A DNA stretch of 64,000 bases, taken from NCBI GenBank assembly GCA_964651815.1, contig CAZYWG010000011.1, forward strand, positions 1,056-65,055. The letters run 5' to 3'. The position numbers and the translations under genes were made by a program. This document shows, piece by piece, positions 50,107 to 61,084 of the stretch. Source of the stretch: an uncultured Gammaproteobacteria bacterium. Lineage in GTDB: Bacteria; Patescibacteriota; Microgenomatia; Levybacterales; GWA1-39-11. A model generated the notes under the pieces. The model did not search any database. It saw only the letters and a program-made list of their open reading frames with translations, and was not told the DNA's origin. Each line of letters starts with the position of its first letter. Position 1 is the first letter of the stretch.

Positions 50107-51546
50107 TTAATCTCCTTTAGAATAAGAAACCCCACCTAAATCAGGAAGCCAATTTGCTCCACTATAATCTTTTGAAAAGTATAATTTGACGTCCGAAAAC
50201 TTAACGTGATCCGGTTTTTCTCCAGCTAAATCATAAAACGCAAATGGTTGATATCCAAGTGCTTCATCCGCATTTACAATACCTTTACCATGTAGAAATT
50301 CTTCTTGCGCGTACTGTTTTTCCCACGCGCCCCCCATATAACTTTTTGAATCTTTAACAGCAATTTTTTCAACTCCGCCAAAAGCGTAAGCTGTCTGGCA
50401 TTCACTTGAATCCGAATTTTCAATAAAAAGCGCGCCGGCAACAGTACCGTCAGTTTCTGATTTTGTTACGTCATATGCAGTAGCGCAGTCAAACGCTTGA
50501 GAATCTTTAATATGGGCTACAGAATTTCCTTGCAAATCAAATGCTTGCCGAGCAGTTTTTACCTGAGAATTATCAATTATTACATTTTGTGCGTTAGTAA
50601 TATACAAACCATCCGAATTCAATCGTTCGCCTACCAAACCAGTTACTCCAACTTTGTCACACCAACTAGCATTAAACAAAGCGTCTAGATTTTTTCCTTG
50701 AAGATTGACTGCCACAACAGTCCCAACATTTTGTGCCATAAACCCGCCCGATTCTGAATTTTGAAAATTGCAATTTTTGACATCCACTCGTCCTTTCCTT
50801 TTTCCGGATTGTTTCATAACGGCATGTTGATCTGAATTTGATCCATCACCACTCCCCACAACAAAAACAACAGAATCCCAAGGGCTAGCAGGCGGAATAT
50901 ATCCTTCTTTTCCGGCTCTGTCGGATCCGCCGTGAAATTCTATCCCGTCAAAAACTAGTTCTCCATCCATATCTTTGAAGTACATCATATTTTGCTTTCC
51001 AAATGATCCCCACGCTTTTGGAACATCTGAGAGTGCAGGGTTTAATTTTAAACGGCTCCCGTTTGGATGACCTTTTAATAAAATTTTTGCTCCTTCAGGA
51101 ATTGCAATGTCTAATCTTTTATTAACCTCAATTTCCCCTTCAGGCAAGTCTATTTCAACCTGTCTTCCGCTGGCTAAAGATTCCCCAACACTTTTATTAA
51201 ATGCTGCAAGAATCGTATTATCTGTCCACACTTCTGTCTTCTCAAGATTTTTGAAGGCATCAACTCCTTGAAAGTCCCTAACTAAAAGCTCTGGGCCTAC
51301 TTTTGTTTCATCTAGATTTTTATATGATATCGAATCATCTCTTTTGGCCAACTTATCCCTCTCAAGTTTGCCTACCACACCCATAATCGCAGCACCTCCC
51401 ACAATCTCTGCTCCTAACCGTGCTCCCGACATAAGCTGCCTTCTTGAAACTCTTCTGCCCAAAATCCCCACTGTATGGTTGGAACCATCACTCTTAGATG
51501 AATCGGCTACACGCTCTGGAGGTTTTTGTTCCGGCCCATCGTTCAT
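50107..51546 (-). CDS. Hypothetical exported protein with a Tat-like signal. Possible beta-helix repeat protein (higher GC).
   Basis: N-term ...RRVSRRQLMSGARLGAEIVGGAAIMG. Gly/Asn/Asp-rich repeats. Confidence 0.4.
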   Translation of the reverse strand: MNDGPEQKPPERVADSSKSDGSNHTVGILGRRVSRRQLMSGARLGAEIVGGAAIMGVVGKLERDKLAKRDDSISYKNLDETKVGPELLVRDFQGVDAFKNLEKTEVWTDNTILAAFNKSVGESLASGRQVEIDLPEGEIEVNKRLDIAIPEGAKILLKGHPNGSRLKLNPALSDVPKAWGSFGKQNMMYFKDMDGELVFDGIEFHGGSDRAGKEGYIPPASPWDSVVFVVGSGDGSNSDQHAVMKQSGKRKGRVDVKNCNFQNSESGGFMAQNVGTVVAVNLQGKNLDALFNASWCDKVGVTGLVGERLNSDGLYITNAQNVIIDNSQVKTARQAFDLQGNSVAHIKDSQAFDCATAYDVTKSETDGTVAGALFIENSDSSECQTAYAFGGVEKIAVKDSKSYMGGAWEKQYAQEEFLHGKGIVNADEALGYQPFAFYDLAGEKPDHVKFSDVKLYFSKDYSGANWLPDLGGVSYSKGD

Positions 51547-52026
51547 TTATTTAGTATAGGACAAATGAAGTAAAGATAAAATAACATGCAGAAAACAAAG
51601 ATTATCCGTGTGACCCTAAAGGTCAACAGTTTGAACCGGCAGGTATCCCCACACTTCATGTAGAGAACAAATAGTGTTAACGCGTTAACACTCGAAACGA
51701 CATTTTTTGAACCTAAGATTCTTAGATTTTGTACACCCTTTCTATATATAAAATAGTAGCAACGTGTAGCTACTCAAAACAAACAATTTCAAAGCCAATA
51801 CAATCAAAATCTGTACACCCTTTATTTATACATATATAAAAATTGAATGATATAATAAACAGAATAAAACTATGCCAAGAAAGAAAAGCGAATTTAAAAA
51901 ACTAACAGAAAAAGAAATACTAAAAAGAAACCCTACAAGAAAAAATCAAACAGGAAACAAAAATCTATTTGAAAGACTAATCACAAAAAGCAGCAAGCAA
52001 GAACCGTTTGATAAAAAAGCTAACCC

Positions 52027-53070
<1,044 letters not shown>

Positions 53071-53428
53071 AGAAGGATATCTGATTTGGATTAATATTGC
53101 TCCTCATATTCCCCGCGGGGCGCGCTATACAATAGGTTCAAGAATAGAGAATAAGTTTCTTGACCTACTCGAACGCACATATATTGCATATTTTACAGAA
53201 AAAGATAAAAAGAGCGACAAATTGTCAGAATGTATTCTCACACTGGATACTCTTAAATTTCTCGTATCCGTTGCTTGGGAGGGAAAGCTCATTTCCAATA
53301 AACATTGTGAAGATGTTTCGGTTAAACTCGGTGAAGTAGGTAAAATGTTTGGAGGTTGGAAGAAAAATTTGGACACAATTAAGTAAGAAAAACCGCAAGC
53401 TTTGCAAAGCATGCGGTAAAGAAAGCAG

Positions 53429-53559
53429 TTTCGGACACCGAAAGCAAACTGATTGTCAGGATTCCACTTGTTGTCAGGATTCGCCCAATTGTCATTGAGC
53501 CACACCTCATCATCATTGCGTTCCACATTGAACACGTTCGGATTGCCATCGGAATCAGT
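53429..53559 (-). repeat. DGR template repeat (TR), about 131 bp, lying between the RT and the target gene.
   Basis: Aligns base-for-base (offset 451) with 53880-54010. All 17 mismatches are at TR positions that are A on the minus (coding) strand. TR encodes Asn AAC codons (VERNDDEVWLNDNWANPDNKWNPDNQFAFGVRN). Confidence 0.85.
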
Positions 53560-53875
53560 AAGTGTAACGCACCGTCTATGTCACTGTCCTTTGAATTCTC
53601 TTAGGACTGTATTTTATTCGGGATAGAAAATCCTCAAGTGCGAAACACCAAGTCCTATTCTTTTTTGACAAATATACAAACCCTCTGCAAGAAACCTTAA
53701 TCGCTTGCGTTCTCAATTAGTATATGTCGGAAAGGTTTTGAAAAGCCGTAGCCGTTCAATAAAGCCAGTCTATAAGAAGTATATAAAAAAATTTCGCGGC
53801 CGAAAAGAATCAAAGTATCAAAAAGGCAAAGAGTCAAAAGAATAAAAAAGAATTTAAGAGTTTAAGAATTAAAAA

Positions 53876-54571
53876 TTACTTGCGGACACCGAAAGCAAAC
53901 TGATCGTCAGGATTCCACTTGAAGTCAGGATACGCCCAATTGTCATTGAGCCACACCTCATCACCATCGCGCGCCACACCGAACACGCCCGGACCGCCAA
54001 CGGAATCAGCTATTGGTTTCATTCCTGCAATAATCCATTCACCTTTTTGCAATTTATCCCCATTTTCAATGAGATGGTGGATAAGTGCTTCGGCAGGTAA
54101 AAGTTCAAGACCTAATTCATTTATTTTACCTTTAGTGAAGGGTGCAGAATTGCCCTGCTCATCAACGTCGTCTTTTGTCCCAATGATATCAGCGGTTGTA
54201 GGATAGTCCTTTTTAATTCCTAAGTCGCCAGCCTTTAACAAGCCGACTTCAATAGTTGTGGGTTCTGGCAAAGTTGTAAATTCGGAGCTTTCGACCATGC
54301 TTCTGGCATAAGAGCCAATTTTGCGACCTCGTATGGCAAGACCACCCAAGAGTGTTTTTCCATCTTTTCCACCCATTGTCCAAGGCTCGATACGGATTTT
54401 ACCTTCAAGTGAAGGGTGTAATCTTGATGGTTCCGGTGCAAATCTTTCGGGAAGAAGTCCTTGTGACTGAAGATCGCGGGCTAAACTTTCCATTTGAGCA
54501 ATTCCAGGAGCAAATTGTTCCTGTTGTGCTTTTGAAGCTCCACGAGGTGCTTCAATGTAATTCATTGCCAT
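53876..54571 (-). CDS. DGR target protein. Variable region (VR) in the last ~44 codons.
   Basis: C-terminus ...ARDGDEVWLNDNWAYPDFKWNPDDQFAFGVRK is the VR counterpart of the TR. Higher GC than the genome background. Confidence 0.8.
   Translation of the reverse strand: MAMNYIEAPRGASKAQQEQFAPGIAQMESLARDLQSQGLLPERFAPEPSRLHPSLEGKIRIEPWTMGGKDGKTLLGGLAIRGRKIGSYARSMVESSEFTTLPEPTTIEVGLLKAGDLGIKKDYPTTADIIGTKDDVDEQGNSAPFTKGKINELGLELLPAEALIHHLIENGDKLQKGEWIIAGMKPIADSVGGPGVFGVARDGDEVWLNDNWAYPDFKWNPDDQFAFGVRK
53880..54010 (-). repeat. DGR variable repeat (VR), coordinates approximate to within 1-2 nt.
   Basis: 131-bp match to the TR with 17 A-to-N substitutions. Confidence 0.85.
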
Positions 54572-54600
54572 AATCCGAGCATTTTATACTACTATAGGTA

Positions 54601-55590
54601 TGTTGTCAAGCTCAGCTAGGCGTGATATGCAGAGCTTAGCACTCTAACACTCGCTACTTCCCCAAGTAGCCTTTCAAACATCTGATCGTTGAATTGTCTA
54701 TTGTTATATCTCCAGGAATATTCATCAATATATGCCTGTAGATATTTCTTTGATACAACCCTATAAACTCCATAAATACCACGTTTGACTATTGACCATA
54801 GCCCTTCTATATTCTGCGTGTAAATGTCTCCTACAACATAAGTTTCTTTATGCTTTACAAAGTCATGCTTGTACCCATGGTATTTAAGCTGAGTGTATCC
54901 AGCATATTCATCAGTAATAACTCTGGCTGTTGGATCTACGTTATCTTTAATTTGAGAAAGTAATGTCCATTTTCCCGTGTTTGGTATGTGTTTGAGATAC
55001 GCTCTGTTGCCACCTTTAGTATCTTTGTTTCTTTGAACCATACCCATAACAACTTCCTTCTCTTTGCCTTCTATTCCTTGTTTCCACTTAAAGGCTCTGT
55101 TTTTACCTTTACCACCAATAAATGTTTCATCTATTTCTACTGTTCCATCTAACTTTCCACCTGAACTATTTGCATTAGCCATGAGTATCCTTATTTGCTT
55201 AAAGATTCTCCAGGCAGTCTTGTATGTGACCCCAAGCTCCCTTTGTAATTGCTTTGCTGATACTCCTGAACGTGTATTGGTCATTAAAAATATCGCATAG
55301 AACCAGTATTGTAGAGGTGTAGTTGTCTTCTCAAAAACGGTTCCGGCAAGAGGGGATATTTGATATCCGCATGAACATTGATAAACCATCCTGCCTTTGA
55401 TTTTGTAGAAGCGAGATAACTTTTCAAAGTATTTACAGGAAGGATTGTTGCAGATTGCACCAGAGGGGAATTTAATATTGAAGATTTTATCTATACAGGC
55501 ATCATCATCTTTGTATTTTCGAAGGAATTCTCCGAGGCTAAATTTTTTATTCATAGCCTCAGTATACACCTTATTCTACCTGTTGTCAAG
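54601..55590 (-). mobile_element. IS1595-family insertion sequence, single transposase ORF flanked by 10-bp direct repeats TGTTGTCAAG.
   Basis: Identical 10-mers at 54601-54610 and 55581-55590 bracket the transposase gene. Element about 970 bp. Confidence 0.6.
54616..55569 (-). CDS. IS1595-family (ISXO2-like) DDE transposase.
   Basis: N-terminal Zn-finger-like CxxC...CxC (CNNPSCKYF...CSCGYQ) and a DDE core (...EIDETFIGGK..., ...ITDEYAGY...). Resembles ISXO2-like transposases by recollection. Confidence 0.7.
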   Translation of the reverse strand: MYTEAMNKKFSLGEFLRKYKDDDACIDKIFNIKFPSGAICNNPSCKYFEKLSRFYKIKGRMVYQCSCGYQISPLAGTVFEKTTTPLQYWFYAIFLMTNTRSGVSAKQLQRELGVTYKTAWRIFKQIRILMANANSSGGKLDGTVEIDETFIGGKGKNRAFKWKQGIEGKEKEVVMGMVQRNKDTKGGNRAYLKHIPNTGKWTLLSQIKDNVDPTARVITDEYAGYTQLKYHGYKHDFVKHKETYVVGDIYTQNIEGLWSIVKRGIYGVYRVVSKKYLQAYIDEYSWRYNNRQFNDQMFERLLGEVASVRVLSSAYHA

Positions 55591-55714
55591 GGATAAGTGC
55601 TTTTGAACCAACTTTAAGGTTTTGGACTACGCTCATGTATATTTACGATACTGATAATGAATGGTTATTTCCCACAGCTTGACTCTTACGTGATAATAAT
55701 GGGATATTTATATT

Positions 55715-56956
55715 ATGGAAGAAAAAACTAAAAAAAATCAACCGGCCGTTCCAGATTCAGTACCCGGACAAACTTTACCTGTTCCCGAAGTTTCTAAATC
55801 AAAACCAAAATTGAAAGCATCTATTTTAATTGCTGGAATAATTATATTCTTAATTATAATAGGAACCATCTCTGCGGTTTTTATGCATGCCTCAAAGCAA
55901 AATCGGATGATTGAAGAACAAAAAACTCAAGCCCCCTCTGTAACACAAACTCCTGCTGTAAGTAAATTAGAAGACTCATTTACGATAAAAGTTCCTGAAG
56001 GATGGACGTCTGTATCGGCAAATTCTAACGCAGACACTTATGGATACGGAAATGAGCATGGTTTCTTAATCTTCTCACCTGACTTTAAAAAAGGGGGGGA
56101 AGATGAATCAACAGGAGTAGTTATACAAATAAATCGTAAACCTGCATCTAAAAATGAGGATATACAAAAAGAAGTTGGAAGCTTTTATACAAATTTATTG
56201 TCAACCTGTAAAGAGACTATTAAACCCATAGCTATTGGAGGAATTGATGGTTATGAAGCAACATGCGATAGGGTTTTAGGAATTTACGAATCATCCCGTT
56301 CTTACAATAGATATTATTTGATAGAAAAAGGACAATACGTCTGGTCTATACAAAGTTTTGCTCGTCAGACAAGCCAAGACTACATTAGCCAAATCGATCA
56401 AATCCTTTCCAATTTCGAATTCACTGACCAAAATCAAACAACCGATACTTCAAATTGGAGAACATACAAAGACACTGAAGGATCATTCACGTTCATGTAT
56501 CCCACTGACTTGAGATTAGGAATTGGGGATAAGGCGGTAAATTTAACAAATTTCACTGGGCAGGAGGGTGTAAGCACAATTGGTATTTATGTACAATTAA
56601 CTAGTCCTGAAGCGATGAGGGGTACTGAGTTTACAAATATTTCTAAAGATGAATTTTATAATCCTTCAAATAGTATATGGTTAAAAGGTAATGCGGGGGG
56701 CGGGGGGTCAGGCACAACTTTTGAAATTCCACAAGTTTTAACTGTTGGTAACAATCAATTTATATTGCAGGTATCAAAACCTACGACTAATTATGAATCC
56801 TCATCTATAAACGATCGTGATTATAATTATTACCATTGGATAAATACTTCTAGTATTGCCAAAATCACTTTAGGAATGAATGTAAATAACCCAGGAAAAG
56901 AAAAGTATGAAAAAATGTTTCAGCAAATTCTCTCATCCTTCAAATTCACAAAATAA
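55715..56956 (+). CDS. Membrane-anchored (signal-anchor) extracytoplasmic protein, paralog A.
   Basis: N-term acidic/Pro-rich then TM ILIAGIIIFLIIIGTISAVF. Shares N-terminal architecture and the C-terminal ...FKFTK with paralog B. Contains a G7 tract and a G6CG6 tract. Confidence 0.55.
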   Translation: MEEKTKKNQPAVPDSVPGQTLPVPEVSKSKPKLKASILIAGIIIFLIIIGTISAVFMHASKQNRMIEEQKTQAPSVTQTPAVSKLEDSFTIKVPEGWTSVSANSNADTYGYGNEHGFLIFSPDFKKGGEDESTGVVIQINRKPASKNEDIQKEVGSFYTNLLSTCKETIKPIAIGGIDGYEATCDRVLGIYESSRSYNRYYLIEKGQYVWSIQSFARQTSQDYISQIDQILSNFEFTDQNQTTDTSNWRTYKDTEGSFTFMYPTDLRLGIGDKAVNLTNFTGQEGVSTIGIYVQLTSPEAMRGTEFTNISKDEFYNPSNSIWLKGNAGGGGSGTTFEIPQVLTVGNNQFILQVSKPTTNYESSSINDRDYNYYHWINTSSIAKITLGMNVNNPGKEKYEKMFQQILSSFKFTK

Positions 56957-57248
56957 CTATGGAAGTAAGAATTAAAATTCAAAGCCAATTATTATTGGCT
57001 TATTACCCTGATGGAATATCGAACCAAAATGAGGCTAAAATATAATTATGAAAAAGATTATAACCCTAAACTACTATATTTCCATGCTCAAGCGGTTCAA
57101 ACCTCTTGCCTGAGTGTCCTTTAGGTGACCCTAAAGCTCCACAGTTCGAACCGATTATAAAGTTTTGGACAACGCTAATTTCTTCTTACGAACGTACGAA
57201 AGACAAATACCCAGATAGTTGACATAGACATTTAAATAGCAAATACTT

Positions 57249-58346
57249 ATGAATATGGAAGAAAAAATTAAAACAGAAAAACAACCGATAGAAAATTCTG
57301 TACCAGAAAAAACCCCGCCGGTTCTTGATGTTCCAAAAGCAAAACCAAAATTAAAGTTGCCAATTCTAATTGGTGGAATTATATTGTTTTTAGTTTTAAT
57401 CGGGTGTGCCTCAGCTTATTTGTTGCTTTCAAAACAAAAAACAACCGACACACAAAAACAAGTATTCCAAGGACTTCGCATATCCACTCCAACTCCCGAC
57501 TTAACTCCTACTCAGGGATCCTCCCACATTACTCGTCTTCGTCCGGATAAAGGTCCTATTGGTACTCTCGTAACCGTAGATGGAACAAATTTTACAAGTG
57601 ACTATAATATAATTCAGTTTGGGTCAGATGATTCTTACAGCTCAATTGGACTACCAAATAACGCAATAGATAGTGCTACTTCGCGTAACTCTAGTGACGG
57701 GAAAGATAGCATAGAATTTATTATTCCTGGCCCTTCGATTCAAAGCGGCCCAAGTACAGGCAAGATATGTAACTATCTACTTCAGTGCATTCCAGTTGTA
57801 CAAAGAAATATAATGCCGGGAACTTATCCTGTTTCTGTATCAAACCGCCAGGGACACAGCAATACACTTAATTTTACGGTTATTCAAGTAGATCAGGGAC
57901 CAGCTTCAAAACTCATTCCGGGTTGGAAGACGTATGTTGATACAACCTATGGTTTTACTATTGATTATCCTTCAGATAGCGGAGTGAGTTATCGCCCTGA
58001 TCAACCCTATGTCAATGATGATGGATATACTCTCGGTTTTAAATTTGTTACTGTTTCTTTTTCTCCAAACCCGGATAAACTTTCCGCAACGAATTTTGTC
58101 AAACAAGAAGCATTCAAAAACGATTTACCCGGTTGGGATAACAATAAAAAACCCATTATTCCCTTAAACTTAAAAGAAATAGATGCTGTAGAAGTTAATA
58201 ATATCGTAGGAGGAGCAGGAGGTTTTGGATCGGAAGTATTCATATCAGATGGAGCAAATATAATTAAGTTGCTTGCTACGGACTCTACACCCGCAACGGA
58301 GAGTAAGTTACAGCAAATGCTTTCAACCTTCAAATTCACAAAATAA
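57249..58346 (+). CDS. Membrane-anchored extracytoplasmic protein, paralog B.
   Basis: MNMEEKIKTEKQPIENSVPEKTPPVLDVPKAKPKLKLPILIGGIILFLVLIG... C-terminus LSTFKFTK. Confidence 0.55.
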   Translation: MNMEEKIKTEKQPIENSVPEKTPPVLDVPKAKPKLKLPILIGGIILFLVLIGCASAYLLLSKQKTTDTQKQVFQGLRISTPTPDLTPTQGSSHITRLRPDKGPIGTLVTVDGTNFTSDYNIIQFGSDDSYSSIGLPNNAIDSATSRNSSDGKDSIEFIIPGPSIQSGPSTGKICNYLLQCIPVVQRNIMPGTYPVSVSNRQGHSNTLNFTVIQVDQGPASKLIPGWKTYVDTTYGFTIDYPSDSGVSYRPDQPYVNDDGYTLGFKFVTVSFSPNPDKLSATNFVKQEAFKNDLPGWDNNKKPIIPLNLKEIDAVEVNNIVGGAGGFGSEVFISDGANIIKLLATDSTPATESKLQQMLSTFKFTK

Positions 58347-58625
58347 TTACGTAAGGAAGTATTAAAGTTGAATACCAATTATTATCGGCCTATTACCCTG
58401 ATTGAATATCGAACCAAAATGAGGCTAAGAATAAAAGATGAAAAAAGAAAGAATACTAATCTACAATACCTTCATGCACAAGCGGCTCGAACCTCTTGCC
58501 TGAGTATTCCTTTAGGTGACCTCAACGCAAATACCATCGAACCATTTTTAACTTGGATTTTCAAGCTTATGGAAGCTTATGGTCACAAATCAAGCACAGA
58601 CGATATTGTATAATACGTTTAACAA

Positions 58626-58943
58626 ATGAATAATACACCAAAAATAGAAGTTCTGCCAGAAGATAAAGTTGTTTTAACCCAAGAACAGAAAAACCTGCTT
58701 GAACTGGCTTTTGTAAAACAAATTCCTCCGGAAGACGCCAAATTTATTGAAAGTGTAAAAAATCAGACCACAGAAAACCCATTCGATAAAATAAGTGAAT
58801 ACTTTACTTCAAAATATGGGCAGGATTTTGGAGTGATTTATCTTTCGGCAATTACTAGCGGACGTGATGAATGTGCTGAAACTATAAAATTTATAGAGAA
58901 TAGAAGAGCTTCGGAAAGAATTAATAAGCAGAAGAGGGATTAA
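58626..58943 (+). CDS. Hypothetical protein.
   Basis: ORF only. Confidence 0.3.
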   Translation: MNNTPKIEVLPEDKVVLTQEQKNLLELAFVKQIPPEDAKFIESVKNQTTENPFDKISEYFTSKYGQDFGVIYLSAITSGRDECAETIKFIENRRASERINKQKRD

Positions 58944-59158
58944 GAAGGGAAAATATCGGAAGCTTTAACTCCCAGAGCCCTAATTATGCTATTCAATTTC
59001 TCAGGTGAGGTACCTATACCTCCTCGCTCAATCTTAGCGAAATAATTGGCCTTTATTCCAGCCCTTTTTGCCACTTCTTCCTGCGTCAATCTCTTCTCTT
59101 CCCTTATTTTTCTGATGTTATTTCCAATTTCTTCCCTAACACTTTTCAAAGTAATCAT
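58940..59158 (-). CDS. XRE-family helix-turn-helix transcriptional regulator.
   Basis: LTQEEVAKRAGIKANYFAKIERG, HTH_3 pattern. 72 aa. Confidence 0.65.
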   Translation of the reverse strand: MITLKSVREEIGNNIRKIREEKRLTQEEVAKRAGIKANYFAKIERGGIGTSPEKLNSIIRALGVKASDIFPS

Positions 59159-59489
59159 ATCCTTAGGTTTGTATTATAACATTTTGTAATGCCCGTTTTT
59201 TCTAAAGCGAGCTGTATTTTATACATATATTATATGTCCTATATTATTAGAAAATAAACTACGAATTTACTATAAATTTATGCCCGAAGTTTATATGTGC
59301 ACCATAGCCACATTTCTGCTTGACATTGGCCTATAGTTATGATATACTTATCCCATCATTTGGTAGGAATTTCCTGACTCGATTTAAGAAGCTCTTTTAT
59401 AACTTATCTTTTCGCATACACCAGCTAAAAGCTTGGGTTCAATACTCTGTACGTATTGTATTCTTAGCCTCACATTGAGGCTAGACATA

Positions 59490-59512
59490 CCAGCACAGAA
59501 GCTGGTTTTTTT
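59490..59512 (+). terminator. Candidate intrinsic terminator or structured RNA 3' end. Hairpin CCAGC-ACAGAA-GCTGG followed by T7, preceded by a second hairpin TAGCCTCA-CAT-TGAGGCTA at 59465-59483.
   Basis: Read directly from the sequence. No ORF upstream on this strand for about 330 nt. Confidence 0.3.
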
Positions 59513-59951
59513 GTGGCTAAATACTAATCAGTGAAAGAGTGTGCGTGGGTGGGTAAGAATTATATTTACTCATTCCTGCGTACTCTTTCGTTGACTAGGT
59601 AACTAGCCAGCGACTTATCCTCAAACTACCTTTCTCGCATTACGCTTGAGAAAGGCCCGTGTGAGGCTCTATGCTCTTACCAAGTTTAACCAGATCTACC
59701 CCGCTCTGCGGGAGAAAGACGAGGGAAGATGCGGTAAGGCGAGATAAGTTCTTTGACAATTTAATTTTCAAGACATGTTCTCTGATAGGGAACAATAAGA
59801 TTAGGAGGAGTCCTGGTTTTGTTGTTCCTTATCAGGAATAAATTCAAGTGAGCGGACAGCTATAAAAGGAGGCTGATAAGATAACCCCGCATAAAATAAG
59901 TACGAACTACCTGTTGGCTAGCAAATTAGCACACCGAAAGGACGGGAATTC

Positions 59952-60125
59952 ATGAAAGTTCCAGTATGGTTGGGATTAGTGATTGCAACCGCAATCGCAC
60001 TGGTAATTCAGCTTCTGTTTACGGATGCTGTTCCCAGCGCGTTACTACGGCTGCTCATATGCATCCCTATCGTATCTTTCATCATGTGGGGTCTGCAAAA
60101 GCTCCATATCATCAAATATGAGTGA
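59952..60125 (+). CDS. Candidate small membrane protein (57 aa), not in the ORF track because it is under 60 aa.
   Basis: ATG preceded by AAAGGA 7-12 nt upstream. Translation MKVPVWLGLVIATAIALVIQLLFTDAVPSALLRLLICIPIVSFIMWGLQKLHIIKYE has two hydrophobic helices. Lies in the higher-GC island. Confidence 0.3.
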   Translation: MKVPVWLGLVIATAIALVIQLLFTDAVPSALLRLLICIPIVSFIMWGLQKLHIIKYE

Positions 60126-60174
60126 CCGCAGCTAAATTGGCAAGCACGAGTTCACGTTCCTATGAAAGGGGACT

Positions 60175-60693
60175 ATGATGACAACTACAGCACTCGCTCT
60201 TCATCTGAAGGCAGACCCAATGCCCGTATCGGACTGGGATGTACCAGATGGTTTACCGAGCAGGATCTACGATGTTCTGTACTCTGATGAGTTTTGCAGG
60301 CGGAAATGGATGCTTCTCACTGCAGTGCGAATAGCTCTGTTTGAGGAACTTCCTGCGCTCGTAAACGCGTCCGAAGGGGCCGTCAGAGCAGCCTGCATGA
60401 TTCTGATTGATAAGGGTAAGGTCCGAACCTGGCGAAACGCTTCTGGCGTCATCGTTGGGGTTTCGTGTAAGAACATCGGCACCAACATGGCAGACATCGT
60501 CGTGAACGAGCCTGCTCGTCAGATCATGCCACCCGATGAGGTGCAGCGCCGCAATAAGGCTTTCAATGACCGTTTCGGCAAGGGAAAGTCAGCTGTGGCC
60601 GTAGGCAACAGGCGCGAAAGCGACAAGGATTGGTACGACAGAACGTTCGGTCCGCAAGTCCCTTTCGACCCGAAAAACCACGAGTACGACTAG
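60175..60693 (+). CDS. Hypothetical protein (GC about 50%, foreign-looking).
   Basis: ORF with strongly atypical composition for this genome. Confidence 0.4.
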   Translation: MMTTTALALHLKADPMPVSDWDVPDGLPSRIYDVLYSDEFCRRKWMLLTAVRIALFEELPALVNASEGAVRAACMILIDKGKVRTWRNASGVIVGVSCKNIGTNMADIVVNEPARQIMPPDEVQRRNKAFNDRFGKGKSAVAVGNRRESDKDWYDRTFGPQVPFDPKNHEYD

Positions 60694-61084
60694 TTCAAGG
60701 GTACGTGCAGATTCCTTAACAAACTACCGATGAGGTAGAACTGCACCGCTAGATAGGCGCTACTATCAAACACATTGTCTTGAACCAGGTCCATGTAGGG
60801 TCTGAAAGTTACCTCCGGGTAACAACTACATCGCGTCGAGCGCACTCGATACTTATCTCGTAGTAGATGCGTCTCGGAGAGAAAGCGTGAGGATCATTAT
60901 CCTTGCCATAGCACTAATGCTATTTTTTCTCTCCGAGACCTTCTTCCCAATTCGAATTTATTAAAAGAATAACTTTTAAGCAGGAAGCTGTTTATGACTA
61001 AAATTTTGAAGGAGTACAGACCTTTGATTTTATATATGTCGTAGACAGCTTCCTGTTTTTTTTGCGCGAAATTGATTTTTGTAG

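Noticed and set aside
53125-53535. 136-aa minus-strand ORF starting MFNVERNDDEVWLNDNWANPDN...
   Set aside because: Its N-terminus is simply the DGR template repeat read in the VR frame (Asn-rich AAC codons). The remainder is the TR-RT spacer with no protein-like features. Not a gene, and not an Avd (not helical or basic).
53560-53875. Looked for an accessory variability determinant (avd) gene between VR and TR
   Set aside because: No ORF above 40 codons in either orientation in this 316-bp gap. Avd is absent from the cassette, or encoded elsewhere.
54235-54573. Two short ORFs (68 and 73 aa) overlapping the DGR target gene
   Set aside because: Alternative-frame ORFs within the higher-GC target gene. 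No independent support.
58368-58613. 81-aa ORF spanning the duplicated 3' flank of paralog B
   Set aside because: Lies entirely within the repeated non-coding cassette that also follows paralog A. The equivalent frame is not open in copy A.
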